Shown here piece by piece: positions 37,771 to 57,515 of a DNA stretch of 64,000 nt (position 1 is its first letter; each line of letters starts with the position of its first letter). Below the pieces are notes generated by a model that worked only from the letters and a program-made list of their open reading frames with translations, was not told where the DNA came from and did not search any database. The DNA lies in contig NIVC01001054.1 of NCBI GenBank assembly GCA_002269645.1, positions 146,744 to 210,743 on the forward strand. Direction: 5' to 3'. Position numbers and translations under genes: made by a program. Source of the DNA: Macrostomum lignano. Taxonomy: Eukaryota.

Positions 37771-39509
37771 ATATATGTTTATACTAGGCCTATGGCTATG
37801 CTATTTAGTATATTTAGTAGATAGTCTATCTTAGACTATCTAAGCATATAATATATGCAACATAATTGCATAAATGTCTATCCAAAATAAGACTTAGTAC
37901 TAATAAGGCCCTGTTAATTTTTGCTATAGTTTTTTATAAATATGTCACATTTTTGGTCAAAAAGTAAGCCACATAGACAATATAAAATAAGTTGCATAGA
38001 TAGGCCTAGGCCTAGTAGTTTCAATATAGATATAGAATTCTTAAAACAATAGTTCAAAAAGTCTTAATTGCATCAATATTTTAATATTTAATATTAGCGT
38101 TTCTAATTCTAATACTGTCTTACTAAGCTTAGCCTATTAGCCATAACTTCAATATGACTATAAATTTGTAATATATAACAAATATTACTTTTCAAAGTAA
38201 GACCAAAGAATAGTTTGGGACTATTGAGCAGACCTTTGTTGCATTATACTATTTTATTATTTATTTTCTACCATTGTAATAATTTATTTCTTTGTATATT
38301 TTATGATAGACTTTTATAGGTCTAGATTTTATTTATTCATAGGTTTTATACAAATAAATTGATAAATAAATGATAGACTTCTATTTCAACCAAAATGCCT
38401 AGGGATTCACCTAGCCATTTCTATTGGCAACATATGTAAGTTGCTATTGGAAAGAATAGTAGTCATGTGACTTCTCTTAGCCAATAGCAACTTACATGTG
38501 TATGTTGCCAATCAAAATAGCTAGGTGATTTATAAGGTTGCTAATGTAAGTTTGTATTGCTAGCTAGATTTATTATTATCCTATGGTTTAACCTATAATC
38601 TAAATAATAGCTTTTTTATTCTCTAATCTATCACATATTTATCACACATAAATAATATTTAAATAATAATATTATTTATTTAATACCTATGATATTAAAA
38701 ATCTTTTTTTGTGTATATATATATAAACATCACATTTTTAGTAGCTTATTTATTTGTTGTACTATAAATATCTCAACTTAAGCCCCCCATTATCCTAACT
38801 GCACACTTTACCTATGATATTAAAAATCTTTTTTGTGACATTGACTCTAGGGACTTAAAATCTCCATTGTATTGAATGTGAAAATATTAAGATCTTAACT
38901 AATTAACTTTGTTTTAATCAGTTGGTACAAAAAAAGTGATTAAAATTGTAATGAGTCATAATATGAAATAATATCCAATAGCATATCTATGATTATCATT
39001 TATAGTCAATGTTGATATACTAATATAATCAGGCACAATAGAACTTTTTTCTAGGCAAACTTTTTTCATCAAACTCACTTGTCTTTTTTCTAGGCTGTAT
39101 AGTCTCTAAACAAAACACAGTAATTCATTCACTAGAGACAATACTTTAGTGCTGCAGACTAGGTTTCTTATCACCATGTATATACTATCATATTTTGTTC
39201 TTAATTATTTTGTTAGCAATTTGAAAGTTGCGATTTAAAATTTTAGTGGTTATCTATCTGTAGCTATTATGACCCCTGCCTTTGCCTTTGTTAATACCAG
39301 TATCTACAGAACTTTTTAACAAAGATTCTGTTAATATAATTATGATCTATTAGTTATTATCTATTATTGCATTTACTTCATTGCTACTTGAAGTAGTGAA
39401 CTTAGGAGAGAAATTTCAAGGGAAAAAATTTAATTTATGTATATATTTTTTGATTCTCATCTACTTCAGTAATTCTGTAAAATAATTGATGAGATTTGAG
39501 AAAAAATCT

Positions 39510-42500
39510 ATGATCATGCAGCAACCAAGCAATATTGGCATCTTGGCTCTTGAGATTTACTTTCCTAATCAGTACTGCGATCAGGCCGAGCTTGAGCAGT
39601 TTGATGGAGTGTCCGCTGGCAAGTACACAATCGGGCTGGGCCAGGCCCAGCTTGGCTTCTGCTATCCCGATGAAGATGTCAACTCCATGGCTCTGACCGT
39701 TACTCAGAACCTGCTGCAGCGAAATAAGATCTCTACTCATCAAATTGGCTTCCTGGAGGTCGGTACAGAGACTCTGATTGACAAGTCTAAAAGTACAAAG
39801 ACCTACCTGATGCAGCTGTTTGGAGACAATTCGCGTATAGAAGGCGTTGACGTTAAAAATGCTTGCTTCGGCGGGACTCAGGTATGTGGCAGTACTGATT
39901 CTAGAGTTATACAAGTTATAAAAATGATTAATAAATAATCAAAGAGTCACTTGTACCGTGAAATCTTGTCGTTTACAGTCACAGTCACTCTGAAACCAAC
40001 GCAATTGACTCTGTAACTCTTCTTGGCCTAGGTACCGTTTCCAATTTAGCCTCAAATTAATTTGACTGCACTTGGAATCGAGCCTGGACCGCTGGAGGAT
40101 CAGAGCGCCGCACTTGACTGCTTAGGCTACGTCTCCCTGTTCACTTTATCATGCATGCGCAACCCCCTGATTTACACAGACCGTGCCACTTACTTTTTGA
40201 CCAAAAATACGACTTACCTATGAAAGAAACCTAAAGCAAAAATTAACGCAATTTCGGGTAAACAGCAGGAGTAACTATGACTGTATTATTAAGCATAAAT
40301 GCCTCGTCATCTAATAAGTAGTACACTTTTATTCTTTTTTTGGTGGCCATTTTTGCAACTTACCCTTGGTCCACCACAATTTACGGTGGCCAGGTCGACT
40401 AACTCCATGCGACTGCCCACACCTGATAACTAATAACCAGCCCAGCCTATCTGTCCCGCTAAGGCACTGTTCCACGCGGTCAACTGGCTGGAGTCTAGCT
40501 ACTGCGACGGCCGGCTGGCCCTGGTGGTCTGCTCGGACATCGCTGTGTACGCGCGCGGACCAGCGCGCTGTACGGGCGGCGCCGGCGCCGTTGCCATCCT
40601 GCTCGGGCCGGACGCGCCTCTGGTATTCGACAGTCGAGTTCGGGCGCTGCACATGGCTCACGAGTTCGATTTCTATAAGCCGGATCCGAGTAGCGAGTAC
40701 GCCACGGTTGACGGCCAAGCGAGCGTTCGCTGCTACCTGTCCGCGCTGGACTCCTGCTATATGCTGTTTAGAGAGCAGCTGGCCAAGGCGGGTTAGTGCG
40801 TGTTTTTTTTCATATATCGATATATCGATCAATGTTCCGTCTTGATTCAAAACAAGCCTTCTAAGTATATAAAAACCGCCTTTAAATAGCATGAGAATGA
40901 GTCGTTAAAATGTCAAAATCAGCCTTCAACATACTCTGAAAAAATGCTTTCAAAAATTTGATAATCGGCCTTTAAATACCTAGAAAATCGGCCTTAAAAT
41001 AATCTGGGTATCGGCCTTAAAATACTCTTGGCATCGGCCTTCAAATAATCTGGGAATCGGCCTTCAAATAATCTGGGTATCGGCCTTCAAATAATCTGGG
41101 TATCGGCCTTCAAATAATCTGGGAATCGGCCTTCAAATAGTCTGGGTATCGGCCTTCAAATAATCTGGGAATCGGCCTTCAAATAATCTGGGTATCGGCC
41201 TTCAAATAATCTGGGAATCGGCCTTCAAATACTCTGGGTATCGCCCTTCAAATAATCTGGGTATCGGCCTTCAAATAATCTGAGCATCGGCCTTAAAATA
41301 ATCTGGGTATCGGCCTTCAGATAATCTGAGCATCGGCCTTCAAACAATCTGGACATCGGCCTTCAAATAATCTGGACATCGGCCTTAAAATAATCTGGGC
41401 ATCGGCCTGCAAATAATCTAGGCATCGGCCTTCAAATAATCTGTGTATCGGCCTTCAAATAATCTGTGTATCGGCCTTCAAATAATCTGGGTATCGACCT
41501 TCAAATAATCTGGGCATCGGCCTTCAAAAAATCTTAAAATCGGCCTTTAAATAAATCGGAATTCAACCTTCAAATATATTTGTGTTATCTTGTGTTTGTG
41601 TTGTGTTAATATTGTGTTAATAAACCAGCTTATAATCGGGAAATGGGTCTAATGACCTGAGAATTGGCGTTGTGATCATATTCTAGAGTATTCTTAAATC
41701 GATACTTTTAAAACTGCGCTCTTATCTGCATTTTTGCAGACGGCACCGACATTCTGTCAGCGAAGCAGCCCCGCTACTACTGCTTTCACACGCCGTTTAG
41801 CCGCCTGGTTCAAAAATCCTTCGCCCGGCTTGCCTATCTGGACTGCGCGCTGCGGCAGAAACATGGCGGCCCTGCAAACGGCATTGATAAATGCTTCGCC
41901 GGTTTTGAGTGAGGAGAAGTATTTAATTAACCTTTATTTTACTTTGTTCAGCTGTTAAAACTGTTGGTAATTCCCCTCTGGCATGTGAGAAACTCCCTTC
42001 CTAAACATACAATGTAAGTAATTCCCCTTCTAAGTAAAGTGAGAAATTCCTTAAAATTTCTAGAAAAGAATTTCTAGAATTCCTTAGAATTCTAAGTAAA
42101 GTGAGAAATGTCCCTCCTAAGCAAAATGACAAATTCCCCTCCTAAGCAAAGTGAGAGATTCCCTCCTAAGCAAAGTGAGAAATTCCCCTTCTAAGCGAAG
42201 TGAGAAATTCCCCGTAAGCAAAGTGAGAAATTCCCTCCTAAGCAAAGTGAGAAATTCCCCGTAAGCAAAGTGAGAAATTCCTCGTAAGCAAAGTGAGAAA
42301 TTCCCCTCCGGTCTCCGTAAGCAAAGTGAGAGATTCCCTCCTAAAGCAGAGTGAGAAATTCCCCTCCAAAGCAAAGTGAGAAATTCCCCTTTTAAGCGAA
42401 GTGAGAAATTCCTCGTAAGCAAAGTGAGAAATTCCCCTCCGGTCTCCGTAAGCAAAGTGAGATATTCCCTCCTAAGCAAAGTGAGAGATTCCCTCCTAAG

Positions 42501-45500
42501 CAAAGTGAGAGATTCCCTCCTAAGCAAAGTGAGAAATTCCCCTCCTAAGCAAAGTGAGCAATTTCCCTCCTAAGCAAAGTGAACAATTCCCTCCTAAGCA
42601 AAGTGAGAGATTCCCTCCTAAGCAAAGTGAGAGATTCCCTCCTAAGCAAAGTGAGAGATTCCCTCCTAAGCAAAGTGAGAGATTCCCTCCTAAGCAAAGT
42701 GAGAGATTCCCTCCTAAGCAAAGTGAGAGATTCCCTCCTAAGCAAAGTGAGAGATTCCCTCCTAAGCAAAGTGAGAGATTCCCTCCTAAGCAAAGTGAGA
42801 GATTCCCTCCTAAGCAAAGTGAGAGATTCCCTCCTAAGCAAAGTGAGAGATTCCCTCCTAAGCAAAGTGAGAGATTCCCTCCTAAGCAAAGTGAGAGATT
42901 TCAGTAACAGGACACCGCTAGCGGGTTCACAATTGCTCTACTCCATCATCCACACACTTGCAGAAGCCTCACCCTGGAGCAATCCCGGTCCAGCAAAGAG
43001 TTCGAGTCTGTCTGTTTGAAAGCTTCGCAAAGCCAGTTTGACGAGCAGGCCAGCCCCTGTCTGCTGCTGGCACGCCGCACTGGCAATATGTACACCCCGT
43101 CTGTGTACGCCAGCCTCGTGTCCTGCCTCATCGGGTGAGCAACCCTTCGCATTGTTAGTTTATGCATTCGCTGTGCTGACTGGCTCGCGAACTCGCTTGT
43201 AGTGTTTAACTTAGTTATGAACTTGCTCATTAATTCTTGAACTCAGTCATGGACTCGCTCATGAACTCACTCATGAACTCACTCTTGAAGTCAGGAACTT
43301 ATTAACACATAAACTCACTCATGAACTCGCTGATAAACTCAGGAACTTGATCACTCATAAACCCATGAAATCAGTCATAAACTCAGGAACTTGATCACTC
43401 ATAAACCCATGAAATCAGTCAAACTCACAAACTTGATCGCTCATAAACCCATGAAATCAGTCATAAACTCACAAACTTGATCACTTATAAACCAGCTCAG
43501 AAGCAGCTCACTCACTTGTTTTCTTACTTCAACTCCCACAGAGCCTCCCCAAGCGAGCTGGTAGGCCAAAGAATCGCGTTGTTCTCCTACGGCTCCGGCC
43601 TAGCGGCGGCCATGTTCTCAGTGACCTGCACAGATGATCCGCACCGCTTGGCCCAGCTGATTGGCTCGTTGAGTCACGTGACTGGCTGGCTGGACGACAG
43701 GAAGAAAGTTACCCCGGAAGAGTTTCACCGGGTGTTGCAGGAGCGCGAGGAAGCCTACGCCAAAAGTGAGTTATAGCTAGTTAGCTAGTCTGTTCGCAGG
43801 GGCGCCTTCGAATCACTTGATTATTGACTTTCAAATCACTTAATAATCGGCTTTCAAATCACTTGAAAATCGGCCTTTGAATAATTTGATAATCGGCCTT
43901 CAAATCACTTGATAATCGGCCTTCAAATCACTTGAAAATCGGCCTTTGAATCACTTGATAATCGGCCTTCAAATCACTTGAAAATCGGCCTTTGAATCAC
44001 TTAATAATCGGCTTTCAAATCACTTGAAAATCGGCCTTTGAATCATTTGATAATCGGCCTTCAAATCACTTGATAATCGGCCTTCAAATCACTTGAAAAT
44101 CGGCCTTTGAATCACTTGATAATCGGCCTTCAAATCACTTGAAAATCGGCCTTTGAATCACTTGATAATCGACCTTCAAATCACTTGAAAATCGGCCTTT
44201 GAATCACTTGATAATCGACCTTCAAATCACATGATAATCGGCCTTCAAATCACTCGATAATCAGCTTTAAAATCACTTGATAATTGGCCTTCAAATCACT
44301 TGATAATTGGCCTTCAAATCACTTGATAATTGGCTTTCAAATCACTTGAAAATCGGCCTTTGAATAATTTGATAATCGGCCTTCAAATCACTTGATAATC
44401 GGCCTTCAAATCACTTGAAAATCGGCCTTTGAATCACTTGATAATCGGCCTTCAAATCACTTGAAAATCGGCCTTTGAATCACTTAATAATCGGCTTTCA
44501 AATCACTTGAAAATCGGCCTTTGAATCATTTGATAATCGGCCTTCAAATCACTTGATAATCGGCCTTCAAATCACTTGAAAATCGGCCTTTGAATCACTT
44601 GATAATCGGCCTTCAAATCACTTGAAAATCGGCCTTTGAATCACTTGATAATCGACCTTCAAATCACTTGAAAATCGGCCTTTGAATCACTTGATAATCG
44701 ACCTTCAAATCACTTGATAATTGGCCTTCAAATCACTTGATAATTGACCTTCAAATCACTTGATAATTGGCCTTCAAATCACTTGATAATTGACCTTCAA
44801 ATCACTTGATAATTGGCTTTAAAATCACTTGATAATTGGCTTTAAAATCACTTTTTTGATAATTGGCTTTAAAATCACTTGATAACCGACTTCTAAATCA
44901 GTTTAGAATCGGCCTTCAAATCACTTGATAATCGGCCTTCAAATCACTTGATAATTGGCCTTCAAATCACTTGATAATTGGCCTTCAAATCACTTGATAA
45001 TTGGCCTTCAAATCACTTGATAATTGACCTTCAAATCACTTGATAATTGGCTTTAAAATCACTTGATAATTGGCTTTAAAATCACTTTTTTGATAATTGG
45101 CTTTAAAATCACTTGATAACCGACTTCTAAATCAGTTTAGAATCGGCCTTCAAATCAGTTTAGAATCGGCCTTCAAATCAGTTTAGAATCGGCCTTCAAA
45201 TCAGTTTAGAATCGGCCTTCAAATCAGTTTTTTGAATCGGCCTCAAATCAGTTTTTTGAATCGGCCTTCAAATCAGTTTAAGAATCGGCCTTCAAATCAG
45301 TTTAGAATCGGCCTTCAAATCAGTTTAGAATCGGCCTTCAAATCAGTTTAGAATCGGCCTTCAAATCAGTTTTTTGAATCGGCCTCAAATCAGTTTTTTG
45401 AATCGGCCTTCAAATCAGTTTAAGAATCGGCCTTCAAATCAGTTTAGAATCGGCCTTCAAATCAGTTTAAGAATCGGCCTTCAAATCAGTTTAGAATCGG

Positions 45501-47016
45501 CCTTCAAATCAGTTTAAGAATCGGCCTTCAAATTAGTTTAGAATCGGCCTTCAAATCAGTTTAAGAATCGGCCTTCAAATCAGTTTAGAATCGGCCTTCA
45601 AATCAGTTTATTGAATCGGCCTTCAAATCAGTTTAGAGTCGGCACCTGAAGGCATAAAAATCAATCTGTCCTTAATAAGTTAAGAACGGGCTGTGGGACG
45701 GTTGGCAGGTCATTATCAAAGAATTTCTCTGCTGGCCGCAAGGTAAGAGCTGTGACACTAAAGGTGCTGTAGAATTTCTTCTCCAAGCCGTGTGCTAAAT
45801 GAAGCAGCCTGGCAGACAGGAAGCAAGGCCTATTTAAGCAAAAGACCGTTTTTTTTCACTTGCTCGTTGCTCTGCTCTCAAACTTAGTCAAAACTTTTCT
45901 TATTTCCCATTTCCTGTCTGCATTGAATTTGCTCTTGTAAATTTGCTTTTGTAGTCAATTGTACTGCTTTGTATATCGTCTGACACAATACACTTTGTAT
46001 AGCCTAGATGACCATTTTGCTTATTATTCATAGAACCTATGTCTAATAACCTATAGTTGTAAATATTATGACCCAAATGACCTGTCAGCACTATGACCCA
46101 AATGACCGGTCAGCATTATGACCTAAAGGACCTGTCAGCACTATGACCTAAATGACCTGTCAGCATTATGACCTAAATGACCTGTCAGCACTATGACCCA
46201 AATGACCTGTCAGCACTATGACCCAAATGACCCATCAGGACTATGACCCAAATGACCTGTCAGCATTATGACCCAAATGACCCATCAGGACTATGACCCA
46301 AATGACCTGTCAGTACTATGACCCAAATGACCTGTCAGTACTATGACCCAAATGACATGTCAGCATTATGACCCAAATAACCCGTCAGCACTATCACCCA
46401 AATGACCTGTCAGCATTATGACCCAAATGACCTGTCAGCATTATGACCCAAATGACCTGTCAGGACTATGACCCAAATGAGCTGTCAGTACTATGACCCA
46501 AATGAGCTGTCAGTACTATGACCCAAATGACCTGTCAGCATTATGACCCAAATAACCCGTCAGCACTATCACCCAAATGACATGTCAGCATTATGACCCA
46601 AATGACCGGTCAGCATTATGACCCAAATGACCGGTCAGCATTATGACCCAAATGACCGGTCAGCATTATGACCCAAGTGACCGGTCAGCACAATGATACA
46701 TTAATTGATTCAGTGCTTATGCCTTATACTAATAAAAATTCAGTTATAAAGAGAGAACCCACAGACAGGGACCTTTCCCACACAAATACTGACAACCGAA
46801 GACCTGCATTTCTAGCAGAAGGTTTTGTGCTTTAGCTGGCTTAGTCCAACAGATTCGGCACCTGTCAGCCGTCTGCCCCACCCTCCCGCAGAGCCCGAGC
46901 CCTACTCTGCTGAATCGCCCCGGTTCGGCGGCCTCCGCGGTGGCACCCACTATCTGGCCGGAATCGATTCGAGCTGGCGCAGGACCTACAGAGTTTGGCC
47001 CGGCCAATCAGATTGA
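39510..47016 (+). CDS. HMGCS1: Hydroxymethylglutaryl-CoA synthase (462 aa; exons 39510-39881, 40464-40791, 41740-41908, 42964-43134, 43542-43765, 46892-47016)
   Basis: [22 protein letters not shown], catalytic NACFGGT, FHTPF, GNMYTPS, FSYGSG, GTHYL..ID..WRRTY; all six exons join in frame (1389 nt). Confidence 0.93.
40039..40137 (-). mobile_element. Second, truncated copy of the tRNA-derived SINE
   Basis: 45/49 nt match to 24318-24366, including the B box. Confidence 0.75.
40965..41560. repeat. 23-bp minisatellite in HMGCS intron 2 (ATCGGCCTTCAAATAATCTGGGT)
   Basis: Period 23 seen directly. Confidence 0.95.
42020..42902. repeat. 24-bp minisatellite in HMGCS intron 3 (CCCTCCTAAGCAAAGTGAGAGATT)
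   Basis: Period 24; homogeneous at 42590-42900. Confidence 0.95.
43240..43500. repeat. Degenerate ~44-bp tandem repeat in HMGCS intron 4
   Basis: AACTCAGGAACTTGATCACTCATAAACCCATGAAATCAGTC recurs. Confidence 0.75.
43805..45640. repeat. 23-bp minisatellite in HMGCS intron 5 (AATCGGCCTTCAAATCACTTGAT), with a 483-bp block duplication and a variant switch near 45130
   Basis: Period 23; the block at 43861 recurs at 44344 (21 units). Confidence 0.95.
46066..46692. repeat. 25-bp minisatellite in HMGCS intron 5 (ATGACCCAAATGACCTGTCAGCATT)
   Basis: About 25 units, period 25. Confidence 0.95.
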
Positions 47017-48110
47017 CTTTGCGAGATTGAGAGCGGGACAGAGGTCTGAGTGACACAGCTAAACGGTGTCTTCTGGGTACTGAATTAGATCTGCTTTTGA
47101 GCCTTTTAATTGAGAATTTTAGCACCAGCTTGGCTTTATCAACGTGCCCTTGCCGTGCTAATATAATAAGATACAACTATTGATCCAGATTAGATTATAG
47201 CAAGGTGTGCTGTTTTCTACTTTAATTATAAACTTTTTGTCTTTGATACGAGCGAGTTTGTGAACCGCAACGTTTTTTTCTTGCAGTTTTGGGTAAGTTG
47301 TTTCGCTCTTGTTTACTAACTTGGCGCCAGCAGTTTTTTATTACTAATAACACTATTTATCTTTGTGAGTATTTCTACCGGTATTTCCTTTGCATTTTTC
47401 GAGCCCCGAACTGTTATGCTGATTGCTGCTAAAAATTACCCATGCGGTAAAATTATTGCTCCGTTCGTTCTGCACTATTCAGGCTGCCTTTTCGAATCAA
47501 ACTTCCTGTTGTTAGAGTAATATCGAACCGTGTTCCTCATTTTACCAAAGCTGTAATTGGCAAACTAATTGTACCAAATATAAAGTACTAAGTTTATTGA
47601 AAACATTAACGGTGACTGAAGATTCTCATGAACAATCATGTTACTGAGCTGTGCTCAAAAATTGCCACTCATTGCCACTAAGGCTATTCGCATTACTGAT
47701 TTGTTTTATTAGTTTTCAATACTAAAGTAGTCAAATAGGAGGGAGGCTTTACTAAGGATATTCGACCCAAGAATAATCTATTTGTTGTAGTCAAGAGGAT
47801 GAATTGTGCCTTGAACCAGTCCTGTACCGCCCCCAGAGGGGGGTCAAAAGCGCTAGTCCAACTACTAAAAATAGATATTCTACAAAGTTCTCATTTTCTT
47901 CATTTAGAACCCTAAATTCGGTTCTGAGTTCATCGCCGCTACCAGCCGTACTGAAGTATCTTTGTGATATATAATTAATTTAGTCTTGCAAACCATAATT
48001 CCAATAAAAGTACAGTATAGTTGTACTTTTTCGCCCAATTATACAATTTATGCAAATTAATTCGTTGTCTAATTGCAGACTATTTAAATTTTCGATAACA
48101 AGCCAACAGA

Positions 48111-56888
<8,778 letters not shown>

Positions 56889-57515
56889 GTGAGAATTTGA
56901 ATAAATTTAAAAGTAGAAAACATCGCTTATATAATATCATACATTGTTACAAATATTGTGTACGGGTGCTTTTATATTTGTGATTTTTAACTAAACTTTT
57001 AAACAATTTATCGCTAACAAGAAAAAGTAAAAGAGACACCGCTACGTGTAAAAGCATTTAAAGCTTTAAAGAACCAAGGTCTTTTTTCGTGCCCGATTAT
57101 TGTCATTGCAGACACACTAAAGTTCGATGCATTTTGCATTAAAATACTCATAGTCTATGGTCGCAACCTCACTAAATGCCGCACTGATAGTGCGACTTTG
57201 GCATTAATATGTCTATGGTAAAATACCAAATGACATTGCTTTTTACGAACTGAGACTTTAGTCAAACCAAACAAGACTCCACATGCTTCTCACACAAGCA
57301 AAAACGAGCGGTGTTAAGAAAGGCATGGCCATAGACTATAGATAACAAATTGTCAGCTTTTCACATAAAGCAAAAGTGTCTTCTTCCCGAGATTGATTAG
57401 CAAGTTTATAAACCAAATCACATTCTACTCTAATCAATCAATCTGAGGACACGATCTTGCTGACGCATTTAGCAGCAAAACTACCCTTCTACACTTGTAC
57501 TTTAACTGTCCACGG

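Noticed and set aside
42117-43019. LLRRESLT / PPKQSERF repeat ORFs
   Set aside because: Translations of the 24-bp intronic array; HMGCS exons 3 and 4 join in frame across it.
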